From: Octopus vulgaris
Taxonomy: Eukaryota
Reading direction: 5' to 3'
DNA: 64,000 bases
Assembly (NCBI GenBank): GCA_951406725.2
Contig: OX597816.1
Coordinates: 142,786,001 to 142,850,000, forward strand
This document shows positions 41,078 to 53,294 of the stretch, piece by piece; position 1 is the first letter of the stretch; every line of letters begins with the position of its first letter. The notes beneath the pieces are model-generated. The model did no database searches, was not told the DNA's origin, and was given only the letters and a program-made list of their open reading frames with translations. Position numbers and translations under genes: made by a program.

Positions 41078-44000
41078 AAAAAAACTACTGAAACATATCC
41101 TCAAACACTTACAAAAATGAAAATTATATGGTGGTGTAGATAGGTTAAATACTATTTTCATGTTGGGTTGAAACGAAAGTAACATTTCAAGACAAAATGA
41201 AAAATCAAAACAAATTGTATATGGTTTCTGTATATATATATAATATATATACTACTTCAAGATTATATCTATTACTTCTAAAAATTTTATGTACCATACA
41301 AAATCAAATACTGGAAAATGTAAAGGATATTATGTGTATTGAATATCTTCAAATAAAGGTATGTAATTCATTTATACAGGAAATGAGACTAGCAAAAATA
41401 CTGCTGCTTGTTGCTACATTTAGTTCCACACATGTTCATGCAAGTACAAAGAGAATAAAATAAAACTCGTTCCTCATTGTTTTTTGTTTTTTTTATAGGA
41501 CTGGGTTTATTATTATTATTATTATTAAGCATCTATTAACTTTCAGTTGCCTGTGTATAGATTCTTGTAGCAGCATGAAGAAAGGAAAAATACAAGTTAC
41601 CAATTTTTATCACAATTACATATAAATTTTGTTTTGGTTTACAGTTTGTCTTAAAATTATCATTTTATTTCAATTCAACTCAAAAATATAACTTAACCAA
41701 CTGTATGTACAGCATAGTCCCCAAAATAGACTGAAGTTCCACATATATGGGGTGCATGATATATGGGCTGACCCTAAAAGATTTAATTGATCTATTTCTG
41801 TCATAGGTCTCCCATAGCAGATATGATCAAGGTGGATCAACTAAAACAACTACAACATATTTACAATAAGTACTTTTATACTGTGGCTATTTTCTCATAT
41901 TACATCAGTGTCTGTTCTTCCTGCTTTATCTTTTTTCTGTACCTATTTATAGCTGCATGTAATTAATGTTCTCTGTCCTCATTTATGTTCTTTATGTCCA
42001 TCCCCATCAACCCATGTATAGAATTTAAATGTCTACAGAATGTATTGCGATGGAATTGGAAAGGGTGGAGCATGGTTTTGTTGACTGTATTGGAAGATTT
42101 TTTTTTCCAGTAATTTTCTTTATTTTGTTGTTTTTATTCTTTACTGCATTTATTTATATATTTAAACAAGGCTTTCCTTCTATGGCAAGAAAGCAACTTT
42201 TAAGTGATGTGCAAAGCTTTGATAAAACATACACACATGCAATGTGATTGATTGCTATTGTAGCAGAACATAAGTTCTTCAATAAAACAATATCCCAAAA
42301 ATGTAATATATTACAGCACACTTTACTTTCATATTACCTACAAACACTAATGCGTATTATTTAAATGGTCTCTTTTTTTTTTTCTTTTGTGTAAATTATA
42401 CATGGTATTTGTTCAGAAAATTGTGTAATTAACACTTCATAACAAGAGTAGGGGATGTCTAGGGTATTAATAAGGGTGGCTTTGAGTCTAGAGTATTTGT
42501 GGGATTGAGGAACATTTGATCAAACTATTTGAGAATTTCTACCACAGACTTTGTGTTGGTTACTTATTTCTGGACATGTGATCAGAAATGGTTACACATT
42601 CATTTGAGTAGTGACACAGATCTGAGTGCAGATCCTGTGTCAATGGTTGAGATTTACAGTTTATATTAGTTTCTATAAAAATTTAGCAGGTGAAGGATTT
42701 CCCTCCCTCTCTCTGTGCATGTGTGTGTGTGTGTGATTGAAGTCACAGGATATGATATTAGACAAGTGTCCAAATGGTTCTACGTTCAAATTTCTGCAGT
42801 CACTTCGTTGATTACTTGAATGATGCACTAAGTTTCAGAAATGTTACTTGAGGGAGACTAGCATCTTATCCAGGAAAATGTTTCTCATCCATTTCAAATG
42901 GTGAAATCAGAAGTTAGTATTATCCTTTAAAATATCCTCAGGGATTAGCATATGCTTTCATGCAAAGCAATCTTATGTATTACCTAATGTAGGAATTGAA
43001 ACTGCACTAAATGTTTGTCTTAACCATGTTATATATTCCTTTATCTGCAGGCAGAGGTTGTATCCTCAAAGGTACCAATTTACAGGTTGGGTTCCTGAAA
43101 GTGAAGTGTCTTTACCAGAGACATAACACTGGTAGTAGTACCAGATTGTTAACTTTCTAGTAGCTTGTCAGATCTTCATTCTTTCTACTTTAAACTTAAC
43201 TGCAGTTCTCTTGATCAGATGATGATTTAACTTCAGTGAGGCACAGCATTTATAATTACTGCACTGCACATTTCCACTCACACACGTAGTCACTCTCATA
43301 CTCTCACTCATTCTCTCTTTTCTTCTCTCTTACACTCTATTTTATGTTTACTCACTCTCTCTCTGTTCCAGCCAACATGTAATTCAATCCAGCAACACTG
43401 TTTATTTCAGTGATTTCGTTTGTGTGTTTATGATCTCATATTATTCAATAGTTTTCATTACAATAATTTACATTTTAAATTACTTTGTTGATTTATTAAC
43501 TTTATACAACTGGGGGTGTTTAACACAGTGCAAGTACTCAGACTTTCAGACTCCTATTGATTGCATTTTTTTTTAAAGTTTTAAACAACTACATATACAA
43601 GTCCTATTTATATTACTTTGAGCAATCATGAAGAAATTAGTCTAAACATGTTTGTTATATTTACCTGTGATTATTAAAAATATTACTATGTGAACCAATA
43701 AATTCTTGGTGAACCAATTGTGTAATTGAGTTTTTGTTTTTAATCCTCATTGATACCCATAAATCAATTACACTGCTGGGAAACAACTGAATGTCACAAC
43801 TTCTAGTTTCCTCATACTCTCCAATTCTATGATCTCATGCTTATCTAAGACACCATTATTAATGGATTTTGGTGTGATATGGTATGATATAGTAGTAAAT
43901 TTTCAGTGAGCTAGTTTTCAGAACCAATAAGTTATGCTTCACTTACTGCAATAATGCTTTGGGAACTATATACATGGTATAAATTCTCATTTATGTTTCC

Positions 44001-45389
44001 TCTCTCTCTTTCTGTCTCTTGGCATTTTATGGCTTTATGGCTCATTAAGAGATAATTATTAATAAATGGAAGTTTAATGGAAAACAATTGGCATTTCTTG
44101 TCTTCAATTGTTGTTTTATTTCTAAGTTGTTCAGGAAATTGTACATGGCATTAAAGTTTCCAATATTAATGGTGGCATAAATGAGTTAAAAAACTTGACC
44201 TAAATTAATTACAGGAAGATGTTTGAGGTTCTATGTAGTCAGTTCTGATTATTATTATGGTTTATTTGAAAATGATTTCTAAAGTCTATTTCATTGCTTC
44301 ATTGTAAGAAAACTCATAACTGTTTTAACTTACGTATTTTTTAAACATTACTTTTAAATATAAGAATTGGTAGAAATGGCAGAACATTGGATCAGTAATA
44401 GTTAACTATTAGTGGACAAGTCCACCTAACCATAACTTGGTGGCACAATATAGTTAACATCTGTAAGCTGCTGCTTCAGATGTAAACAAGTATTGCTGTA
44501 GCTCTGTAGTTCTATTTTTCTGGTGAGTTATAACTAAGAATGAACTCTCTAAAATACAAATATAAAAATGAAGAGTTCTATGGTACCACAATAACCTATG
44601 GGTCCAGGTATTATAGCTGTATGACTATGAAATCCATTTTGGGTTAGATTCCACTACAAGGTACTTTCTGTAAATGTCTGGTGCCTTTAGTTGAGTTCAC
44701 TCTGTTGCAAGCATTTGGGCTAGAATTCTGGTTTTAAGATAATTTCCTCCTCTGACCAGGCCATGAAAATTGGCAAAGTATAACAGTGTGTGTACACTGA
44801 ACACTTTAAGGAAAAGGGAAAGTGTCTTAACATTTCAAATGTTACTCTTTTCCTTTTAATGAAGGTCTATCAAGAGAGTGAGAAAGAAAAATAGGCAGTG
44901 AGAGAAAAAGATACAATAAAATATATATATATATATTAATGCTCTCAAGAAATGTATGAGCATTCATCCTTGAGTCAGTTCTGTGCTGTATCCTTCAATG
45001 ATTCCATATCATGTTTTTTTTTTTTAAGAGTTTGCCAGACCCTTAACCAATACATTTTTCATTTTTGAGAAAAGGAACATTGTGAGTGGTCCCTACAACC
45101 CTCTCAGTGCAATATAGCTAAAAGGGAGAGAGTATGAGAAGAATCTACTTAGGTGCTTGACTAGTACTCTAACTCATTGAATCCAAATGGATGAAACAAA
45201 AAACGAAGTTGAAAAAGACTTGGGTAAAGAGAGAGAAAGGGAGATCAAGGGGCTCCTCCAAATGCTTGCAACAATGAACTTTGCTAAAATGATCTAAGAA
45301 CCAGATGATGTTAATATGGTTAGCATGAAAAAACCTATAGCTTGCAATTATTACCTTGATTTTGTTACTCTAACATTTGTCTTGCAGGT

Positions 45390-45709
45390 CTACATTTCAA
45401 AGGAACTGATTTTATAGTCAAGATACATTGAATAAAAAATTTGATGGTCAGGCTGGAATGCTTTTGTTCAATGTTCTCTTCAGGCAAGGCTGACCTGGTG
45501 CTAAACAACATTCTTTAATTTTCTTAAAGTTATATCAAATACTACACAATCACATTCTCCCTGTGAAAAGGTGTGGCCTTTCTGCTAAGACATCAATATT
45601 ACATAGTTGACACTGAAACATATTAATAAGAGAAATAAGTCTTATTTCAGGATTATTTCAGATAAATGTATTGTTCTGTTGTTCATTCATTTTTGTCAAT
45701 ATACTAAAC
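45390..45709 (+). repeat. Local duplication, copy 1 (~320 bp)
   Basis: Nearly identical to 46534-46851 (a few substitutions and small indels). Confidence 0.92.
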
Positions 45710-46533
45710 TACCACATTTTGAAATGACTGAAAGAAGAGGATGTGCTTATTTTTGTTGAGGCTTTTTCATTTAACATATTTCCAGTATTATTTTATTTTG
45801 TCAAAATACATGGCTAAGAGATAAACCTCACTTGTTTACTCCCAGATCAATTATTGAGTAGATTTATGATCAGATATTCCAGTAGTGATCATGTCAACTT
45901 TATTTTTAGACACAGTATATCCAAGACTAGACAATGTATTCATTTTTTTAATTTGGTAAAATTTGGCTGCTATTTTTAGAGGTCTCATTATCTATGACCA
46001 TATAGAGGTCTCATTATAGCTTTGTGCCCATATATTAACTCTTATTTTGTCTGGTTCTGTAAGAATGAAAAAACAAAATTGGCCTAGTCTTGATTTGAAC
46101 TCAAACAAACAAATAGCAAACCTAAAAATTATCATGTCAGGATTGTTCAGTTACTGCCAACATCTAACCCAAATTCTGCTATTATGCAGGTCAAGTGTGA
46201 TGACATTAAGAAGTGCAATAACAGTATGGGACTAAAATTCATTATGGTATTTTAGTCATTGTGCATTCTTCTAAGTTCAAATCCTTCCAGAGCTAACTTT
46301 ATTATTCATCTCTATGGGATCAGTAAATTAAATACCAGTAATATACAAGAATGAGAGCAGGTTTATTTTTGTCATTTATAATCTTGTCTAGATAAAATAA
46401 ATTTTACAGTGTTGATACCTATCATAGGGTTCAATTTTCAGTTCTTAAAGACAATTTCTTTCATTTTATCTACCTCTACATGCAATCACTAGATTTGCTA
46501 GAAATAATAGTCAAATTTCTCATGAATTCAATC

Positions 46534-46851
46534 CTACATTTCAAAGGAACTGATTTTATAGTCAAGATACATTGAATAAAAAATTTGATGGTCAGGCTGG
46601 AATGCCTTTGATCAATGTTCTCTTCAGGCAAGGCTGACCTGGTGCTAAATAACATTCTTTAATTTTCTCAAAGTTATATCAAATACTACACAATCACATT
46701 CTCCCTGTGAAAAGGTGTGGCCTTTCTGCTAAGACATCAATATTACATAGTTGATACTGAAACATATTAAGAGAAATAAGTCTTATTTCAGGATTATTTC
46801 AGATAAAATGTATTGTTCTGTTGTTCATTCATTTTTGTCAATATACTAAAC
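46534..46851 (+). repeat. Local duplication, copy 2 (~318 bp)
   Basis: Direct copy of 45390-45709, starts offset by 1144 bp. Confidence 0.92.
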
Positions 46852-47370
46852 CTTTACTATTTTGTTATCAATTAATGAATATTTTAAAACATTTCTTATT
46901 TCTGGAATTTTTGTTGTAATAAAGATTGTCACATATGCAATTTCTGCACTGATGTGTGCACATATATATGTAAATATTTTTATATTATTTTTATATTATT
47001 AATATATAATTTGAGTGTATATCTGTACTGTATATGGGAAGTGAAAGAGGATGTATTGAAAATTATAACAGTTAACTACATCATCATGCATAAACCCTAG
47101 AATATAATGACCTTTATGATTCTGTCATTTGGCAAAAGACTGTTAATTGTAAATGAGTGTGAATCAAAAAGTGAGGTCTGTTGATATGTAAAGGAAACAA
47201 AAAACATTTTAAAGCAGAGCCTTTGCACAAATGTTTTATTTTTTTACTCTTCTCCAAGGAAGGCTTTTGCTTGAATGTTTTGTTTTTACTTTGCATCTCA
47301 ACACATATCATTTATACACTTTTTCTTCAACTGAACTTTAAAAATGTTTCATAAGTAAATTTATGTTTAA

Positions 47371-47623
47371 CCCTTCTGATACCGATCTACCTGAGACTAC
47401 TCGTGGTTTGATACAAGACCACCTGTTTCAAAATAAGTCATATTTAAATTAAACCCTTCTGTAGCAATTTTATGTAAGAACCATTTACTAAGTTCTGATC
47501 CAAATGCAAACAACCAGCTTAACGGAAAAGTCATTTTACTAAGCCCCACCAAATTCTTGCTTGCTTTCAAAATAAACAGAAGTTTGGATAATATATTTCA
47601 CTGAAAGTATGATCAGAAAAGGG
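47371..47623. mobile_element. piggyBac-like MITE with TTAA target duplication
   Basis: TTAA|CCCTTCTGATAC ... GATCAGAAAAGGG|TTAA, 253 bp. Confidence 0.75.
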
Positions 47624-47819
47624 TTAAACAATTTGACAATGTGAAATACAGTACTATATATTTTGCACATTCTGAATCTACACACTTGTTTTATATATAT
47701 ATATATATATAAAAACAGATATACTGATATATTTTTGGATTCTTTTCAGAAATAGGTCAATATGGTTTCCTCATTTTCTGATGTTTATTAGCCATGATAC
47801 TATTTTCTCTATTTCATAG

Positions 47820-48232
47820 CTACCAGTGTGAATGATGAAATGGAGTTTGTCAAGATGCGTTATAAGTCACCAGCTCGAAACAGTTTCAAAAGCAGTTACA
47901 ATTATGGCATAAACCATGCAACCAGTTTTGATAGCCTTGGTGCCGGTGGCTCACCTAGTGTGATCAGCTCTGAACAGCCCCCTAGTTATGACAACCACAT
48001 GTACGACTCTACTGCTGCTTGCTACAGCACTCCAGCTAGTGGTGTTGGAGTAAGTAGATCCACTGCTGCTAATAATCCTCTCTATGCAACTGTTGATCGC
48101 CAGAGCTTACGCAACAAGGCCAGTCAACGGTCGAAATCTTCAAAAAAGGACTCTAACAAGAGGAAAGACTTACCTTGGGTTCATGTCAGCCCTTCGTCAA
48201 ATTACACAAATCACCAGCTTACCAACTATTAA
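47820..48232 (+). CDS. NKAIN: Probable NKAIN terminal coding exon (long cytoplasmic tail, ~137 aa in the long frame)
   Basis: Acceptor TATTTTCTCTATTTCATAG at 47819. Open frame TSVNDEMEFVKMRYKSP...NHQLTNY-stop with coding-like GC and CpG content. Same strand as and downstream of the NKAIN exon, with compatible phase. Assignment to NKAIN is inference. Confidence 0.7.
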
Positions 48233-50630
48233 CAATAACATTAAAAACAAAAAGGAAGCTTGCATTTTTAAAGATATTTAAAAAAAAAAATTACAAAAAC
48301 TAACAAAAATACTTTGTCTCTGAAACAAAATGTTAGAGGCAGGGAATATGTGAAACATTTTTTAAATATGGAAAGAAAAATCTCCTAAGCGGTATATAAA
48401 TGTATTTAAGATATACATTTTTTTTATACTCGAGGGCATTTTTCTTATTCTTTGCCTTGCATATTTAAAATGAGATGTGAATAAGCAATTGTCCAGTTAA
48501 TGTTTAAATTGATGCTATAACCTTGTCCTCACAGCACATCTGACAAACTTCTCACTCCAGCTGCCATTAGAATTCTGGCAAGACAGGAAGAAATCAGTGG
48601 CTACCACAACTAACTACACTCCCATTATCCTCTCAAAAAATTATATAAGGGTCTATTGATCTTTGATTTTGTCATCTGCCAACCATTGTTACAGACACAA
48701 TACATATACACCCAAAAATACATGTGCACATTCCAACAATACACAGACCAGCAATTACATACACACACACTTACATACTCATGTATACATACACAATCAC
48801 ACACACAACTCTCACTTGTATTAAACTGTACTGTAGATTGCCTGAATGCAAGACTGGTTGTGGACACAAGTTCAAATCTTGATATATATATAAAGTACAT
48901 GCACATACAAAACTTTACTCCTTCTACCCACACCAAGTAACAATACCACTGTACCCCTCCTAGTACCAAACACTTGATTATACACCTATCTTACTATCAA
49001 TCTCCCCACTTCCTCAACTACCACTTTAATAAACATACCATCCACTGCTAGGGGCAATATGCAATCATACTCTAACTGCACTTTTCATTTGAGACCCTTC
49101 ACCAATTCTTTACTAGTGTTTTGCCACTATTTCTAACTCTTTATGAAGCCTCATATGGAATGGAAAAAAAAAAGGAGGGGAGGAGTAAAAAGTGAGATGT
49201 GGAGTAAAATGATGCATTTCCCCCTCAGTTATAAATGTGGCATACTGGATGTTGTCTCAACAGATTGTCTGTTAGCAATATTCTGACCTCACTCATTTAA
49301 TATATATATGTATATACACACATATATACATTTATATGCAAACACACATGCATATATACATTTGTGTGTGAGCACATGCACTTATTTTATAAGTGTACAA
49401 AGAATCCATAGATGAGGTATTAGTTAAGCTTTAATGCTAAATGTCACTGGGTATGAAATATTTGGTGTGTGTGTATGTCTAATAACTATATAGCTTACAG
49501 CTCTTCGTTTTTGCATATTTTATTTAATATGCAACCAAAGAGTCTGTTTGCCAGTTTGGTGTTGAAGTAATAAAACCTTCTGAAAGACCCTACACCAAAC
49601 TAATTATGTTATCAAATACATGCACATACACTGTGTGTGTGTGTGTGTAAATGTAGGGCATTAACACTATACCTGTGTATCTACATGGATGCTGGCAATC
49701 TTCAGTAGACAGAATGTGAGAGCAATAATATTCATAAATAAATCCATGCATGCATACAGATTTTTATACACTCTCCAACACTGAATGATTTTGCATTTCA
49801 CACTTCAAAGATTTTGCATGCGAAACCAGTAACGTGTATATTCATGCACACTGCAATAAACAAAATATGCACCTCTGTACATACACACTCACATACTCTG
49901 ACTAACTATATACAGCCCCTGCACACATACACAGCCACACACACACACACATACATCTACTCATGAATGCTGTTATATTAATGTAAATATTTTAAACAAA
50001 ACTGAAACCATTTATTTACTACAACCAAATGAATCTGAGTCTTTCATATGTGATCCAAGTTGCTTTAGCCCTGCTTTTCTTTCTTTCCCTGAAACATATA
50101 CACACTTCCTTTCTCTCTCTTAAAGTCCTACATCACTACATTTACTAACATCTGCACAGTGGTCTGTTATATACTATTCTTACAACAGTTGTTTTTGACT
50201 GTAATATTCCAGCTTATCATTTGAAGGGGGCTTATACAACTCTCACATGATGAGGTTTCCTGTTTTTTTTATTTTCTTTGGATTTTCTTCCACATCCCCA
50301 CTCCATACACACCCCTCAAAAAAATTTAAATGATTATTTTTTATTTCTTTTTTATTAACAGAAAAAACATTTAACTGATTTTGAAATTAAAATTCATAAT
50401 TATATTAAAAATTGTTAAATGAAAATTATATTGAAAATTGTTAACTATAAAACAAAATGTTCATATATATAAATATTTATGTATGTATAAATATATATAT
50501 ATGTGCAAATTAACCTGTGCTGACAAAATACTTATTAAAAAATAATTAAAAATATTACTAAAAGTGTTCAAATTATTAAATCAATCTGTTAAAAGATTGC
50601 CAAATAAACATTAAAAAAATCTTTGTTTTT
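48233..50630 (+). other. Putative 3' UTR of NKAIN
   Basis: TE-free A/C-rich stretch between the stop codon and the polyadenylation signal. Confidence 0.5.
50603..50608 (+). terminator. Candidate polyadenylation signal AATAAA
   Basis: Followed ~15-80 nt later by a strongly U/GU-rich tract. Further AATAAA motifs at ~50693 and ~50780. Confidence 0.5.
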
Positions 50631-51084
50631 ATTCATCCTTTTTTATTTTCATCTTTTGTGTGTTGATATGCTGTTGCTTTTCTTGTTCTAAGAAATAAAT
50701 GCATTTATTTACAGCCAAGTTAATTGAAACTACACAAAAAGTTTTGAAGTTGGGGAAACAAACATCAATTGTTATACCAAATAAAAAAATATTTGCTACT
50801 TTATAAAAAGCCTTAAGGGAATTTTAAACAAAGAAGATGGACATAAAATAATAACATGTATGCAGGGATTTAAAAAAAATACTGCTAACATATATACTTC
50901 AAGTTACAGTTATGAGTGTCTCATTGTATAGTATAGTGAGTTACTGATCAGGATTAACAATATGAATTACAGGCTATAGTGATCAGGAGTGACTTAGAGT
51001 AAGTGGAAACAAAGGAGGAATATAGAAGTTGATTGCTCTTGGTAAACTGTTAAATGTTGATTTATTCAGTCAGGAGATAGTGTA

Positions 51085-51490
51085 ATCTTTTAGTGTTTCA
51101 GAAGATATTTGTCAAAGTAGTGGCATTTTGTGAATGTATCTGATCTGATATCCACAGTCTGTGTGTTTAAGGTTGACGAATATGAAACCTCTTTTACCAA
51201 AACATAACCAACATTTTGTAACATTTTTGTATGGTCGGTATCTTTCCAAAATTTTCCACTCGTTATCAAAAACAGTAGCATGTTCTTTCAAAATCAAGAC
51301 ATAATTGAATAGTTTTGCTGAAATGTTTTTTTTTTTTAATTTCTAAAAGGAGAAGTACATCAATGTTTAAATATCCCTTCCACCATACCTATGAAGTGTT
51401 CATACACAATATTCAGATTTGATTTGGTGAAGGTGACTCCTGATCCATAAATTATCGCTTAAGCATTGCATGGCTGACTCAGGTGACAAT
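51085..51490 (-). mobile_element. Decayed Penelope-like GIY-YIG endonuclease fragment (old family)
   Basis: Minus-strand relics YEHFIGMVEG..., WKILERYRPY..KCWLC, RSDTFTKCHYFDKYLL resemble the C-terminus of PLE GIY-YIG proteins. Frameshifted. Confidence 0.65.
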
Positions 51491-51578
51491 CATTCGTATT
51501 TTAGCCTCAGTTAATTTAATTAGTTTACTTAACATTATTTACATTCGACAGATATTTTTTTTCATCTTGTTTGTTGTT

Positions 51579-51624
51579 AACACAACGTTTTGGCTGATAT
51601 ACCCTCCAGCCTTCTTCAGGTGTC
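51579..51624 (-). ncRNA. Minimal type I hammerhead ribozyme motif in the Penelope terminus (G12 mutated in this copy)
   Basis: Minus strand GACAC-CTGAAGA-A-GGCTG-gagggtatat-CAGCC-AAAACGTT-GTGTT. It has a CUGANGA core, stem II GGCTG/CAGCC, (G)AAA, palindromic AACGTT stem III and stem I GACAC/GTGTT. Confidence 0.7.
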
Positions 51625-51689
51625 TTGGGGAAATTTCGAACCTGAGTTCTCTAAGGTATTTTTCGATGTTATTATTATTATTAGTGTTC

Positions 51690-51762
51690 AGGTCACTGCT
51701 TGGAATCGAACTCGGAATCTTGGGGTTAGTAGCCCGCGCTCTTAACCACTCTACTGTGGGCA
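51690..51762 (-). promoter_or_regulatory. tRNA-like Pol III internal promoter module (A and B box)
   Basis: Minus strand GTAGAGTGGTTAAGAGC (A-box-like), GGG-CTACTAA-CCC anticodon-like stem-loop, GAGTTCGATTCC (B box), followed by (AAT)n. Confidence 0.65.
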
Positions 51763-51784
51763 ATTATGGAGTGAATTTTAGGGC

Positions 51785-52270
51785 TTATAAATCTAATATT
51801 TTTCTGTCCTTCCTTAATACCGGTTCCCATATGCTATTCATGTCTGCACTCAGTCTGCCTAGGAGGTTCTTGTGTCCTAGCATATGTGCTGCTGCTTTTA
51901 GTTTTCGTATTTTCCAGTGGTGTTCTCTATCTATTATTTTAACTTCATCCCACAGGGGGAGGTGGTCTCCATTTTTCCATACATGATTAGCTATACCCGA
52001 TTTATCAATATATCCTTGTGGCACAGCTTTGCGATGTTCGTCTAGCCTTATTTTGAGAGGGCGGCATGTTTCGCCTTTGTATAACCTACCACAGCTGCAT
52101 GGGATGGAATACACGCAGTCTTTGGTCATATTCTCTTCTATTGGTGGTTTTACTTGGAGATATTTGCGAAGTGTTGTATTATTCTTGAATACTGTCCTGA
52201 AGTCATATGGGCCACATATCTTTTGTATCTTTTCAGAGAGGCCTTTCAGATAGGGTAGACAGACTGTGGA
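51785..52270 (-). pseudogene. Penelope GIY-YIG endonuclease domain ORF fragment
   Basis: LPYLKGLSEKIQKI...CVYSIPCSCGRLYKGETCRPLKIRLDEHRKAV...SGIANHVW..GDH is the hallmark PLE GIY-YIG with a CxC/H zinc motif. RT part missing. Confidence 0.88.
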
Positions 52271-52439
52271 CAGTATATCAGCCAAAACATTGTGTTAACA
52301 ACAAACAAGATGAGAACAAATATCCGTCTAATGTAAATAGTGTACGTAATTCCTCATCTCTTAAATATAGAACTGTAGTTTGCTTAAATTTTTCATATTG
52401 GGGATACAACTGTAACATAGTCTTAGGTTATATCACATA

Positions 52440-53065
52440 CAGGTGCTGGATAAAATAATGGAAACCCCTTGTTAAATGGAAGTTTTATTATAGACCAGGT
52501 CCACCTTTAGCTTCAATCACAGCTTTAATATGACAAGAAATTGACTCATACAGGTTCAAATGGTTTTTAGGGGAATTTTGAGCCATTATTCAAGTAAAAC
52601 TTGTTTTACCTCTTTCAGCAATGATGGCAGCCAGAATTAGCATTTCACTTACTGCTCCAAAATATACCATAAATATTCAATTATATTGAGATCTGGTGGT
52701 TGGGGGATGCAGTCAATCTAAGTGGTCAACTTCACATTTGTGCTCTTCATAGCAATTTTGAATAACATTGTTAGCCATGTAAATTAGTGTATTATTTTCT
52801 GAGAAGATTGTGCTTCCACCAGAGAACAATGTACTCAGGGTAATCTTTGGTGTTAACTCTGCCATGTAAAACAACTAAATGGTCAAGAGGATGCCATCAT
52901 ATGGCTGCCCAAATCATCACAGAGCTATTTCAATACTTTACAGTAGGGGCCAAACTAAGACGAAGACTTCTTTGGGTTGTCTCCAGACATAAACTTATCC
53001 AAAGTGTGTGGGGGGGGAGTGAATATTGATTCATCAGAGATGACGAGCCTAGAAGAAATGTGAAT
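52440..53065 (-). mobile_element. Tc1-family transposon relic (one TIR plus decayed DD34E domain)
   Basis: TA|CAGGTGCTGGATAAAATAATGGAAAC terminus. Minus-strand relics SDESIFT, VMIWAAI and PPDLNIIEYLW (SPDLNPIENLW-like) with stops. Confidence 0.75.
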
Positions 53066-53294
53066 ATGTTTTGCTAGAGTGCATAAATGATGGAACACAA
53101 ATGAGCTGAAAGCATGTTCCTTCAAATTCCAGACTTAACTGGATAGTTTTGTTGAATTCATGTTTTTTATATATCTAAAAGAAGTATAGTTGAAGTATCA
53201 TTGTTTAAATATACCTTCACCATACCTACATAGTGTTAATGTACAATATTCAGATTTGATTTGAGGGAGATGACTTCTGATTCATAAATTACTA

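Larger units (their letters stand above)
51537..52377 (-). mobile_element. 5'-truncated Penelope-like element with inverted terminal segment
   Basis: GIY-YIG ORF plus pseudo-LTR-like tail. 51537-51601 recurs inverted at 52274-52339, typical of PLE insertions. Confidence 0.85.

Noticed and set aside
41953-43071. Further tiny exon candidates (6 nt at ~41953, acceptors at ~42022-42039, 21 nt at 43051-43071)
   Set aside because: Splice-like motifs are frequent in T-rich introns, donors are weak and there is no conservation evidence
600-50000. Many 60-115 aa ORFs in the track rich in YI, CV or HT runs
   Set aside because: Translations of microsatellites and AT-rich intron or SINE sequence, without splice or homology support
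51690-51762. Functional tRNA gene
   Set aside because: Acceptor and T stems do not pair properly and it lies inside a TE, so it is treated as a tRNA-like promoter module
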